Part shown: positions 38,743 to 48,387 of the stretch, in pieces
How positions within the stretch are numbered: position 1 is the stretch's first letter
Layout: every line of letters starts with the position of its first letter
DNA from: Candidatus Gastranaerophilales bacterium
GTDB lineage: Bacteria; Cyanobacteriota; Vampirovibrionia; Gastranaerophilales; Gastranaerophilaceae
Reading direction: 5' to 3'
Assembly (NCBI GenBank): GCA_944327225.1
Contig: CALVGZ010000002.1
Span: forward strand, 20,579-84,578
DNA: 64,000 nucleotides
Made by a program: the position numbers and the translations under genes
Notes under the pieces: generated by a model
The model's database searches: none
Told to the model about the DNA's origin: nothing
Seen by the model: only the letters and a program-made list of their open reading frames with translations

Positions 38743-41700
38743 ATTGTTCAACATAGCTTATTAATTTTTCAATACAATTTTGAATATTATTAATTTTATC
38801 TTCAATAATTTCAACTCTGTTTGAGAGCATTTTTGTTTGGGTCATATTTTCATAGAAAATGTCTATAAACTGACTTGGATTAAAACTTTCTGCTTGCGTT
38901 TGTGCCATAAGTTCAAGTTTTTTTGTTAATTCTGTTATTTTATTTTCCTGATTTTGTGCATTTTTTATGAGATGTTTTAAAGCGTTTTCAACTTTAATAT
39001 TAAATTCAGAGTGAGTTCTTGATTTTTCGCTTTGTATTAAACGTTCTTTAATATCTTCAAAACCTATATTTTGGATATCTTCTACTTTATCAGTTAATTC
39101 ATCGATTTTTCCGACAGCATCTTTAAACCAGCCTGCAAGGTGACCTAGTTCTGCTTCTACATCTCTATTAATTTTTACATTTTCAAGAGCAACTGTTCTT
39201 AATTCAATTGTTTTTTCTATTAAATTTTTAAAATCATCATTTCCTGAAATTGATTTTTCAATACTTAATTTTATTTTTGCTAAATCGGATTCAATATCTT
39301 CTAAAGTATAAGAATAGTTTGAATTTTCATCAGATGTTTTAATTTTTTTAATTGAATTTTCGATTTTATTAAATTCGCTTATAAGATTTTCTTTAATTTC
39401 TTGCGAAATATTATTTTTTAAATATTCAAAATTGGAAAGATATTCTTGAACTTTATTTGATAAATCATCAATGTTATTGTTTTGTTTTTCAAATTCTGTG
39501 TTATCTTCCTGTTTTTCTAAAAGAGATGAAATTTTTTGAACGTTATCTTTTAATTTTTGTTCGATTTGTTCTTTTATTTCTTTTAGTTCATCAGACAATT
39601 CAATATTAAATTCTTCAATGCTTTGAACTTTTTCAGATATTTTAGAAATAGAAGAAATTACACCTTGAAGATTTTTACTTTCTTCAATTGTAGCCATTTT
39701 CATAGATAAATTTGATGCACTCGATTGAATTTCTTCTAAAAGTTCTTTTGCGTTATGAATTTGTTGAAGATTTGTTCTGTCTATTTTTGTTTCAATATCT
39801 ACAACGGTTTCTCTTAAAGATTTTTTTTCAATTATATTATCTAAATCTGCACCAATATAATTATCCAATAATTTATCTATTTTTAGTTCAAATTGAGATA
39901 AGGAATTTTTATTTGACTTGTCAATATTTATGATGCCTTCAAGTATATCACTTTTAATTTCGTTTAAGGTGTCTTGAGCATGGGCATTATTTGAATTTAT
40001 TGTATCGTTTAATTTATCAATTGTATCGTTGCTGAAATTTTCAAGTCCTACTTCTAATGATGACAGCTTGTCTGAAATTTTATCTATATTGTCAGATTGT
40101 TTTATTGAAAATTCCTGAAAATCAACTTTAAAATTGACAAATTCTTTTTCAACTCTATCATTTACAGCTTCAACGCTATCAACCAAGTGGTCTGAAAGTC
40201 TTTGAAGATCAACTTTAAGGGTGTCTAAAGTTTCTATATTTATAGTTTTTGTGTCATCTTGGATTTTATTGATTGCGTTTTTAAGATTTTCTTGAACAGA
40301 TGCAACAACTTCAGAGAAAGAGGTTTTTATTTGACCAAGATTTGTGCTGTTTTCTGTTACAACGTGAGTTCTAAAAATTTCAAGTTTATCTGAAATAGTA
40401 GGAATAGCTTCAGATAATTGGGTCAAAATTTGCATGCTTGAAACTGAATTCATGTCATTCAGACTTGTTTGCATATTTTGAATTGATGATTGAATTTCAA
40501 AAGTAATATCCCTTAAGTTATCGGATAAATCTTTAATATTTTTACCTAAATCTTGGTTTTTAAGTTCGTCCATAGCTTTTTCTATGGGTTCTTGCAAAAT
40601 TTTAATGTTTCCTTCATTAATTGCACTTAAATCTTTTTTAAATGAAGTCAAACCTACCAAAAGAGTTTTTATGTCTTCTTTTGCATTATTTAAATATCTT
40701 TCAAAGTCTTCTTGATGCTGATGAGATTTATATAAAATTTCATCATTAATTAAATTGTGGACATCTTTTAACTCGCTTCCAAGTCCTTGAACTGTTGTTT
40801 GAAGGTTTTTAACTTCATCTTTTGTATTAGTCAGGTTATTATTTAAACTTTGTATGCTGTTAGAAACCCCGCTAACGGTATTTGTAAGATTATATACTTC
40901 CGTCTTAACCCCTGCGTCTCCTGCTGTATTTATAATTTTTTGAATTTCATATTTTACTGTTTCAATTTGTGTTCTTATTTCGGAGCTAAATGCCTGTAGT
41001 TCTTGTTTTGGGTCAATTGAAGCTATGCTATTTTGCATAGAGGTAATTGAATTTGTTAAATTTCTTACTTCTTTTAGTGCATCATTAAAAATATTTTCTC
41101 TTGAATGAACGGCATCAATCAGGCTGGTTAAATCTCTATATTTGTTATCTATTATAGAAATAGCAGAAATTACAGAGTTAACATTTCCTGTTATTGTATC
41201 AAGTTCGGCTTTTATTTCTAAAAATTCTTCTTTTGAATTATGATTTTTTATTTGTTCCAAAAAATCTGCAAAATTTTTATTTAAAGTTACTGTTATATTT
41301 TCAAAACCTCGAGAAAAATTTAAGAAATTTTCGCTTAATTTTGCAATTTCTTCGGATGAATTATTTTGTTTTAGTTGTTCAATAGTATTAAATATTTTTT
41401 GAAGAGCCAAGTCTTGTGAATTTAGTTTTGCATAAGTGTTTGAAGTATCGGTTAAAAGTTTTGTGATTTCTGCTGCTATTTTTGGGCTTTGATTAGAGTG
41501 AGTTGTTATGAAGTTTTTAAGTGTTTCTTCAAGGTCTTTTAAGAATTGATTAGTTTGCCCATATTTTAAATCAATTGTTTTTCTGAATTCATTGACTAGA
41601 GTTGAGGCTATTTTTTCGCTTGAAACGTTTGTCAAATTTTCATATCTTTGAGACAAACTGGTAAGAGCATTATAAATTTCTCCTTGAGACATTGATGATT

Positions 41701-41764
41701 TGGCATAAAGACCTTTTATTGCTTCTGTTAATTGGTCTAATCTTATTTCGATACTATCTACCAT
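38741..41764 (-). CDS. giant alpha-helical/coiled-coil protein, function unknown
   Basis: 1007 aa with no Cys-rich or enzymatic motif and no TM. Uniformly heptad-like, rich in E/K/N/I/L/S/T, with recurring ..L.N.I..I.. periodicity. Confidence 0.6.
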   Translation of the reverse strand: MVDSIEIRLDQLTEAIKGLYAKSSMSQGEIYNALTSLSQRYENLTNVSSEKIASTLVNEFRKTIDLKYGQTNQFLKDLEETLKNFITTHSNQSPKIAAEITKLLTDTSNTYAKLNSQDLALQKIFNTIEQLKQNNSSEEIAKLSENFLNFSRGFENITVTLNKNFADFLEQIKNHNSKEEFLEIKAELDTITGNVNSVISAISIIDNKYRDLTSLIDAVHSRENIFNDALKEVRNLTNSITSMQNSIASIDPKQELQAFSSEIRTQIETVKYEIQKIINTAGDAGVKTEVYNLTNTVSGVSNSIQSLNNNLTNTKDEVKNLQTTVQGLGSELKDVHNLINDEILYKSHQHQEDFERYLNNAKEDIKTLLVGLTSFKKDLSAINEGNIKILQEPIEKAMDELKNQDLGKNIKDLSDNLRDITFEIQSSIQNMQTSLNDMNSVSSMQILTQLSEAIPTISDKLEIFRTHVVTENSTNLGQIKTSFSEVVASVQENLKNAINKIQDDTKTINIETLDTLKVDLQRLSDHLVDSVEAVNDRVEKEFVNFKVDFQEFSIKQSDNIDKISDKLSSLEVGLENFSNDTIDKLNDTINSNNAHAQDTLNEIKSDILEGIINIDKSNKNSLSQFELKIDKLLDNYIGADLDNIIEKKSLRETVVDIETKIDRTNLQQIHNAKELLEEIQSSASNLSMKMATIEESKNLQGVISSISKISEKVQSIEEFNIELSDELKEIKEQIEQKLKDNVQKISSLLEKQEDNTEFEKQNNNIDDLSNKVQEYLSNFEYLKNNISQEIKENLISEFNKIENSIKKIKTSDENSNYSYTLEDIESDLAKIKLSIEKSISGNDDFKNLIEKTIELRTVALENVKINRDVEAELGHLAGWFKDAVGKIDELTDKVEDIQNIGFEDIKERLIQSEKSRTHSEFNIKVENALKHLIKNAQNQENKITELTKKLELMAQTQAESFNPSQFIDIFYENMTQTKMLSNRVEIIEDKINNIQNCIEKLISYVEQ

Positions 41765-41835
41765 GGTTTTATTGTTTCCCTTTTTTTTTATTTTATCAAA
41801 AAGCTAAATGTAATGGCTAATTTGTAAAGTTTTTT

Positions 41836-43731
41836 TTAGTATGTTTGTACTTTAAATACACTTGTTTTTAAAACATCAAGATAATTGTCATTTAAATGAG
41901 CCCAATCAAAAAGAATAATTCCCCCTAGCTGGAGTTTTCTTATTATATGAATTTGTCTTAAGAGGTCTTCCGGGTCCGATTCGATAAATCCTGCAAAAAG
42001 TCCCGGGTAAACAATGGCATTTGTTGATACTTTTTTCTTTATTTCTTCTAACATTGATTTGGCTAAATCATCGTCACTTGTTAATATTAGCGGAGTTACG
42101 GCATCAAGATATTTTTGGTTTATCCAATATGCCCAGTCTTGCTGTTTTGTTTGAAGACTTACCTTGTAATCCGGAAAGATTACTGCTGAGACTGTTTTAT
42201 TTTTGCTTTTTATTATTTGTGAAGCTCTTTTAATGTAATTTGAAATTTTATCTCTGCGATATTCACACCAATTGTCCCACATAGCACTTTTTGGTTCAAT
42301 ATCCAAAGGGTCTATTTCATATAGTCGCATAAATTCTTCACGAGCATAAGGAGTATATCCCCATTGGTTTCCGTAATTTTCTTTTGCAATATTTGGATAT
42401 CTGACATAATCGATATTAACACCGTCTACGTTATATCTTGATACAATTTCATTAATAAGTTTTGTTAAAAAATCTATTACTTCAGGATTAGCTGGGTCAA
42501 GAAAATATCCGTTATGTTCGTTGGGATGTTGAACATAGCCTAAGTAAAAAGCTTTTTGACGGGTTCTGTTTTGCCATTCCGGTTTTACTGCAAGTATTGA
42601 TTTAGGGTTTGATTCAGGCGAAATGTTACCTATATAAAAGCTTTCAAACCAAACATGGACTTTGATTTTTCTTTTATGTGCTTCTTTTATCCATACTGCA
42701 AGAGCATCAAAATTTTGAAAAGCAGGATTTTGTTTTTCAAAGCCATATTGTTCCATAACTTCAGACGGGAAAATTGTTTTTCCATGGAAATATGTTTCAA
42801 GAAAAATATTGTTAATTCCTGTATCTTTAATTTTATCAAGAGTATTTTGAACAGATGTTATTGATTTTTCTGTGGGTCTTATCCAAGTACCTTTTAATTC
42901 GTCTTTAAGATAAGGAAGGGTGTATCTAAAGGCAAGAGAAGCATTATATATTGATTCTTTTGCACAATTTAGAGAGATATCACTTCCGTCTTTTAGAGAT
43001 TTTTTGTATTGTTGTTTTGCTCTTTTCAGATAATAATATATAAACTTGTCGTCTCGTGCAGTGTAATCAGATTTTGTTGAAACCAAGATATCTTCTACGG
43101 CTTCAATCTTTGATTTAGCTTGAAAACGGTAGCTGTCTATTGTTGTGTATGCTTTTATGGTTCTGTCTTTTATTTCAACACGTGTTCCTATTTTTAAGTT
43201 ATCCGAAATCCATTTTTTGGCTGTTCCATGACCGGATACAACAAATCCGTCTTTTGGGATGTTTGAATTTGCACCGGTCAGTTTAATAACAGTGTTGTCA
43301 ACAATTACTGCTTCTTTTCCAAATTCATTGGTACCGGTTGTTTTTCCGTAATCTTTTATATAAATTACCAGTTGATTAGGTCCTCTGTGTCCGGGGTATG
43401 TGTTTGACGGCAAGACATCATCAATTGGGTAAATAGCGTTTATTTTTCTGGTTGATTCGGATAAAATTCTGTCATTTGTGCAATCAAGTTCTATATTTTT
43501 TGAAAGTTTTTTGATTTCTTTTTCTTCTTTTTTTGTGAGTTCTTTTTTTTCTTCACTTCTTGAAACATATAAAAGCGAATCATTGTTATTTTTAATTTTT
43601 TCTTTGTTTTTGTTGGAAATTAAAATGTCGGCATTTTTAGAATCTATGGGGGCTGAATTGGCAAAAATAGCCAAAGTATTAAGACCAAAAAGTATAATTA
43701 AAATTAATAATTTTGATAAAAATCTCCTCAT
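41836..43731 (-). CDS. secreted glycoside-hydrolase-like family 10 (GHL10/DUF187, YngK-like) protein
   Basis: Start trimmed to the signal peptide MRRFLSKLLILIILFGLNTLAIFA. TIM-barrel-like core (GINNIFLETYFHGKTIFPS..VHVWFESF..DGVNIDYVRYP). Confidence 0.6.
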   Translation of the reverse strand: MRRFLSKLLILIILFGLNTLAIFANSAPIDSKNADILISNKNKEKIKNNNDSLLYVSRSEEKKELTKKEEKEIKKLSKNIELDCTNDRILSESTRKINAIYPIDDVLPSNTYPGHRGPNQLVIYIKDYGKTTGTNEFGKEAVIVDNTVIKLTGANSNIPKDGFVVSGHGTAKKWISDNLKIGTRVEIKDRTIKAYTTIDSYRFQAKSKIEAVEDILVSTKSDYTARDDKFIYYYLKRAKQQYKKSLKDGSDISLNCAKESIYNASLAFRYTLPYLKDELKGTWIRPTEKSITSVQNTLDKIKDTGINNIFLETYFHGKTIFPSEVMEQYGFEKQNPAFQNFDALAVWIKEAHKRKIKVHVWFESFYIGNISPESNPKSILAVKPEWQNRTRQKAFYLGYVQHPNEHNGYFLDPANPEVIDFLTKLINEIVSRYNVDGVNIDYVRYPNIAKENYGNQWGYTPYAREEFMRLYEIDPLDIEPKSAMWDNWCEYRRDKISNYIKRASQIIKSKNKTVSAVIFPDYKVSLQTKQQDWAYWINQKYLDAVTPLILTSDDDLAKSMLEEIKKKVSTNAIVYPGLFAGFIESDPEDLLRQIHIIRKLQLGGIILFDWAHLNDNYLDVLKTSVFKVQTY

Positions 43732-43796
43732 AACATAAAATTTTATAATAAAAAAAAATCTCAAGCAAAAAAAATCAAATAATTTATAATATAGTT

Positions 43797-44303
43797 ATGA
43801 TTTTAGACAATACTTTAATAGCTTATGAATATTTTAAAAATCAATATACTCCAAATTCGGTTTATCCCAGCGGAGAAAAGGATGAAACAAAACTAATCGA
43901 TAAATATTCACCAAATAAACAAGCTTCTGCTGTTTTAATTTTGGAAGATGATATAATTAATAAAGACGGTTACGGTTTAAAAAAGGGTTTTTATAATATT
44001 TGTCCCGACAAATATCTTGATTTTTTATTGATTTATCAAGGGGGGAAATTAAAAGCTAAAATTCCGGTTATAAAAACCGAAGTATTTGAAACTCTCAACA
44101 CTAAGCAGTTTAAGCCTGAAAAGATGAGTTATTCAAAGTTTAAGAGAAAACAGGAAAAAGAATACAGAAAATATTTCAAGGGTGAAAATCCTGTTGAACT
44201 TGAATGGAGAGAAGCTGAAATCATCTATATTGATGAGCAAAAAGCATGGTTAATTTTATATAATTTTAACAATATTCGTCTTATTGGATTGATAAAATTT
44301 TAA
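43797..44303 (+). CDS. hypothetical protein
   Basis: 168-aa intact ORF with no recognisable motif. Confidence 0.45.
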   Translation: MILDNTLIAYEYFKNQYTPNSVYPSGEKDETKLIDKYSPNKQASAVLILEDDIINKDGYGLKKGFYNICPDKYLDFLLIYQGGKLKAKIPVIKTEVFETLNTKQFKPEKMSYSKFKRKQEKEYRKYFKGENPVELEWREAEIIYIDEQKAWLILYNFNNIRLIGLIKF

Positions 44304-44401
44304 TTTTTTCAATCAAAAGATTGATTTTTTAAAATGGCATCTATGATAGTTTTTATTTAGGATAAACGTATTACAAAGAATTAACAAGAAAGGCAGAAGG
44401 T

Positions 44402-44881
44402 ATGCAAAAAATTTCCCCCCTAAGATCGAGCATTGAAGCTTTTAATAAATTTAGAGCATCTAGATTGAATAAAGCTGACAAAACTCAAGAAACAAACAAA
44501 ACACAAACTAATCCGTTTGGTATAACTTTTAAAGGGACTGTTATTCAAATGGATGTATTTGAAAAAGCAGATAAAGTTAATGAAAATACTCAAAAAGCAA
44601 TTTCTTTTAAAGAAAGAATGCAAAATACGGGTAAATTGCTTGCAAGTGCATGGGTTGGAACTATAAATAAGTTCTCTTCTTTAAAAACAAATGCAATTGC
44701 ATTCGGAAATAAAATTAAAGACAGCACAATCGCTACTGCTAAGAAAATTAGAGATTTTGGTAATACAAAAGTAGAATTTGATATCTTTAAATATAATGTA
44801 TCGAGATTACAAAATAAACCGGTTAGCGAATTAAAATCGATGTTATCGAATGAGTTACAAGGAGTTACTAATGAACAGTAA
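44402..44881 (+). CDS. hypothetical protein
   Basis: 159 aa with an SD (aaaggcagaagg). Begins MQKISPL.. and contains GITFKGT. Confidence 0.45.
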   Translation: MQKISPLRSSIEAFNKFRASRLNKADKTQETNKTQTNPFGITFKGTVIQMDVFEKADKVNENTQKAISFKERMQNTGKLLASAWVGTINKFSSLKTNAIAFGNKIKDSTIATAKKIRDFGNTKVEFDIFKYNVSRLQNKPVSELKSMLSNELQGVTNEQ

Positions 44882-45233
44882 GAGAGTTAAAAACATTATT
44901 GAAGCACTTGGTAAACACAAGGACGAGGAATCAATTGAAGTTTTGAATGAGCTCGGAACAAATTGTCCTATTGATGAAATTAGAGAAATGACGAGCAAAG
45001 CTTTAATTAGAAAGAATACTCATAGAGCACTTGAGCTTATGATTGTGAATAAAGGAAAGGGAATAAATGATCTTTCTGCTCGTGTTGCAATGTGTGCTAT
45101 CAACGAACTTTTGGCTCTTAAAGATAAACAAGAAGCAATTAAAATTCTTGATGATACAATAAATATGCACTCTGAAAAAGAAGTGCAAGATACGGCTCGC
45201 TCTGTTAAGGCTTTAATGTCTTTTAGTTCATAG
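44871..45233 (+). CDS. small helical (HEAT-repeat-like) protein
   Basis: Start trimmed to MNSKRVKN (SD AAGGAG 8 nt upstream; overlaps the previous stop by 11 nt). Paired-helix pattern ..ALGKHKDEESIEVL..L....P..EIREMTSKALI... Confidence 0.45.
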   Translation: MNSKRVKNIIEALGKHKDEESIEVLNELGTNCPIDEIREMTSKALIRKNTHRALELMIVNKGKGINDLSARVAMCAINELLALKDKQEAIKILDDTINMHSEKEVQDTARSVKALMSFSS

Positions 45234-45260
45234 TTGAGTTTGTAATATATTTATCCTAAA

Positions 45261-45288
45261 AAAAGCTTGGTTTTGCCAAGCTTTTTTA
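45261..45288 (+). terminator. rho-independent terminator
   Basis: aaaagcttgg-ttttg-ccaagctttt followed by a T-run, 28 nt after the stop at 45233. Confidence 0.8.
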
Positions 45289-45356
45289 TTTATTTAAAAG
45301 TTATGTTCAAAAATTTTTTTTACATGCTTTGTATAGAGGAAAAATAATTAAAATTC

Positions 45357-45385
45357 TTGCATGATAAGCTTTTAACATGTAAAAT
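45357..45385 (+). promoter_or_regulatory. sigma-70-type promoter candidate for the SLH-protein gene
   Basis: TTGCAT (45357-45362), 17 nt, TAAAAT (45380-45385), about 29 nt upstream of the ATG. Such hexamers are frequent in AT-rich DNA. Confidence 0.35.
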
Positions 45386-45413
45386 TATTTTATTAAGAAT
45401 GGAGCAAGTTTAA

Positions 45414-46610
45414 ATGAAAAAATTATTGTTGAACATCATCATTTTATTTGTATTAGCTTTATTTTCACCGGTATTGGCGTGGGAACTTGAGCAAGGGCCT
45501 GCAAGTTACCCTGACTTGCCTTCTGACCATTGGGCTTATGAAGCAGTTACTTTTTTAACGGATAAGAAAGTTGTTGTTGGTTATCCTGATGGGTTGTATA
45601 GACCGGATCAAAAGGTTACTAGGGCTGAATTTGCGACAATGGTTATAAAAGCTTTGGGTTTGTATGAAAAAGATACTCCAGAAATATTTAATTATAGAGA
45701 TACAAAAGACCATTGGGCAGACAGAAATATTCAAGTTGCTTCATATTATGGCCTTGTAAAAGGTTATCCTAATGAAATGTTTTATCCAAATAAGGATGTA
45801 ACCAGAATTGAAGCTTTAGAAGTAATTTTGAATGCACTTGCTCCTGAAAATATTGATTCTGAACAAGCTAAACATTTTTTGTCAATTTATAGCGATTATT
45901 CTGAAATTCCAGATTGGGCATTAATTGCAGCAGGAAAATGCCAAATGATTGGACTTGTGTATAATATGCCGGGACATGAAACAACTCTTGAACCTTTACG
46001 TCCTGCTACACGTGGTGAATTGGCAAGATTTTTATTTAATATGACCGAAGCAGTTAAAATTATGCCAAGTGAAAAAATTAAAGAAGCAATGGAACCCAAA
46101 AAGCCTGTTGAACCTAAAAAAGCAGACGGTTATATTTTGGATAATGTGTATTATGACGAAGATTATGCGGTTATTCCAAAAGGAACGGTTTTACCTTTAA
46201 CTGTTGATAAGTGTTTAAATGCAAAGACTGTTAAAGAAGGCGAACAATTTACGGCGAGAGCTCCCTTTAATTTTGTTACAAGAGAGAAATATGTTGTGAT
46301 TCCTGTTGGTGTTCAAATAGACGGCAGAGTTCATAAAGTTCAACGTCCGTTTAGATTTATTAAAAATGGCTATATGGCTTTAACCACAACAAATATCATT
46401 GACGGTAAGGGTATTCCCGAAATGAAGATTGTTGCAACATTGGGTGAAAGAAACGCCGATATGAGGATAATCAGAAATGACCCTTATTTAACAAGAACAA
46501 GATATAATGTTGTAAGAGGTCAGAATATGTATATTCATAAAGGTCAAAGAGTTGAATTTGTACTTTTAGAACCTTTAAGAATAAAGATATTCAATAGAGA
46601 TGATATGTAA
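45414..46610 (+). CDS. S-layer-homology (3x SLH) domain envelope protein
   Basis: 398 aa. Signal peptide, then three SLH motifs (DLPSDHWAYEAVTFL..GYPDGLYRPDQKVTRAEFA; TKDHWADRNIQVA..GYPNEMFYPNKDVTRIEAL; IPDWALIAAGKC...LRPATRGELA). C-terminal domain of about 190 aa, unknown. Confidence 0.85.
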   Translation: MKKLLLNIIILFVLALFSPVLAWELEQGPASYPDLPSDHWAYEAVTFLTDKKVVVGYPDGLYRPDQKVTRAEFATMVIKALGLYEKDTPEIFNYRDTKDHWADRNIQVASYYGLVKGYPNEMFYPNKDVTRIEALEVILNALAPENIDSEQAKHFLSIYSDYSEIPDWALIAAGKCQMIGLVYNMPGHETTLEPLRPATRGELARFLFNMTEAVKIMPSEKIKEAMEPKKPVEPKKADGYILDNVYYDEDYAVIPKGTVLPLTVDKCLNAKTVKEGEQFTARAPFNFVTREKYVVIPVGVQIDGRVHKVQRPFRFIKNGYMALTTTNIIDGKGIPEMKIVATLGERNADMRIIRNDPYLTRTRYNVVRGQNMYIHKGQRVEFVLLEPLRIKIFNRDDM

Positions 46611-46614
46611 AATT

Positions 46615-46645
46615 AAAGGCTCTTAATTAAGAGCCTTTAATTTTT
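46615..46645. terminator. bidirectional rho-independent terminator
   Basis: Perfect palindrome aaaggctctt-aatt-aagagccttt followed by a T-run, between convergent genes. Confidence 0.8.
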
Positions 46646-46975
46646 AAATAATTTTTTTATAATTTTAAAAGCAAACGAAATTCCTTTTTTTATATAAGGT
46701 AAAGTTAAATACCCTGCACAAGCTATTATGCCTATTGATGCTATGTTATTTAGATTTAAAAAAGAATCTGTTTTGTTTGTCAACTTGTATACGGTATGAG
46801 GATTTTCTTGTTTGCTTATGGATATTGTATCTGCCAAAGGCGTATTTGAAATTTGAGGCACACTGACAACCCCGACATCTGGTCTTTTTATTTCCCTTTT
46901 CGGGTTTTTTTCTTTTTGATTTGAAACTAAATTTGGTTCCGGAGATTTTACTTTATTTACTGTTGCGTTTTCCAT
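46637..46975 (-). CDS. hypothetical C-terminally anchored small membrane protein
   Basis: 112 aa. Hydrophilic N-terminal part and a single C-terminal TM helix (IASIGIIACAGYLTLPY). Confidence 0.45.
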   Translation of the reverse strand: MENATVNKVKSPEPNLVSNQKEKNPKREIKRPDVGVVSVPQISNTPLADTISISKQENPHTVYKLTNKTDSFLNLNNIASIGIIACAGYLTLPYIKKGISFAFKIIKKLFKN

Positions 46976-47079
46976 AAATAAATAAAAACCAAAAATAATT
47001 TAAGATTGCTTTAATGTAATAATTGAATTTAATTTTAATAATTGGTATAATCCTTTTATAATTTTTTTAAGGGTTTTTA

Positions 47080-48387
47080 ATGGCAAAAGCGTTTAAATCA
47101 AAGTGGATAATTCCTTCAGACGGCAATGTATATTCCGACTGTGTGCTTGTTGTTGATGAAGGAAAAGTTGTTGAAATAATAAAACAGGAAGATTTTGATG
47201 AAAGTCAGTATACAAACGTTAAAGATTTTAAAAATAGTGTGATTACTCCGGGTTTTATTAATTTGCATAATCATTTACAATATAGCTATCTTGAAGATAG
47301 AAAAAAAACTGACTTAAAAGCAAAAATTAAAAAATTATATACTGTTTTTCAAAAACATTATTTTCTTGCCGGAATTTCAAAAAAATCTTTTATATATAAG
47401 CTTGCAAATCTTTTATCGGAATATTTTTGCATGTCCAGAGAAGAAAAAATCGCATCATTTAAAAAAGGAATCGAAACCAGTTTATTAATGGGAACGACAA
47501 CTGTTGTTCAGTTGTCAAAGGAAAGTAAGTATTTTGAAGTTTTAAATGAAATGCCTCTAAAAACTTATTTGTTTTTTGAGTTGTTTTCAGATTCTGTTGA
47601 AAAAAGCAAGGATGAGTTTAGGAATATTCAAAAAAAAATAGAAAAATTAAAAAAACAAAAATCTGATAATACATTTGTCGGCATTGCACCACACAGTATT
47701 TGTTGTGTTCATAAGAGATTGTTTAAGATTTTAGTTAAATATTGTAAGAAAAATAATATTTTAATGACTATTCGGTTGGCTGAATCTCAAGAGGAAATGG
47801 ATTGGTTAAAACATGGTTTTTCTGATGTTGATCTTTTGAATGAATTTACGGGCCATAAGAAGATGGAACCTGTTTTTGAGGATTATTCTCCTGCAAAATA
47901 TCTTCAGGAGCTGGGTGTTTTATCTAAACAATTAATTATTTCTTACGGGAATTTTTTGTCAGATTCGGATTTAGCTATTTTAAAGGAAAATAAAGTCGCA
48001 CTTGCTTATTGTCCGAGGGTAAGTGATAATTTGCACAATAAAAAACTTGATTTTAACAAAGTTTTGGAATATTTTTCATATAGATTTGGTTTTGGAGTTA
48101 ATTCTTTAGCTTTTAATCAGGATTTATCTTTATTAAATGAATTAAGATACGTAAATCATGGACAATTGGATACTATAGAGGCAATAAAGTACCTTACAAT
48201 TATTCCTGCAAAAATTTTAAGATTAAATAACATAACAGGTTCTCTTGAAATTGATAAAGATGCTGATTTTAATGTTTTTGAGCTTGAAGAAAATGAAGAA
48301 TATAACGCAATTTTAAATAAAGAAAAACCAAAACATGTTTATATCAAAGGTAAAAGAGTAGTTAAGAATTATTCTTTGAATATTTAG
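47080..48387 (+). CDS. metal-dependent amidohydrolase-superfamily protein (chlorohydrolase/deaminase-like)
   Basis: 435 aa. N-terminal beta-sandwich, then the ITPGFINLHNHLQYS (HxH) metal motif. Later ..APHS.. and a C-terminal ..D.DADFNVFE pattern. Confidence 0.7.
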   Translation: MAKAFKSKWIIPSDGNVYSDCVLVVDEGKVVEIIKQEDFDESQYTNVKDFKNSVITPGFINLHNHLQYSYLEDRKKTDLKAKIKKLYTVFQKHYFLAGISKKSFIYKLANLLSEYFCMSREEKIASFKKGIETSLLMGTTTVVQLSKESKYFEVLNEMPLKTYLFFELFSDSVEKSKDEFRNIQKKIEKLKKQKSDNTFVGIAPHSICCVHKRLFKILVKYCKKNNILMTIRLAESQEEMDWLKHGFSDVDLLNEFTGHKKMEPVFEDYSPAKYLQELGVLSKQLIISYGNFLSDSDLAILKENKVALAYCPRVSDNLHNKKLDFNKVLEYFSYRFGFGVNSLAFNQDLSLLNELRYVNHGQLDTIEAIKYLTIIPAKILRLNNITGSLEIDKDADFNVFELEENEEYNAILNKEKPKHVYIKGKRVVKNYSLNI

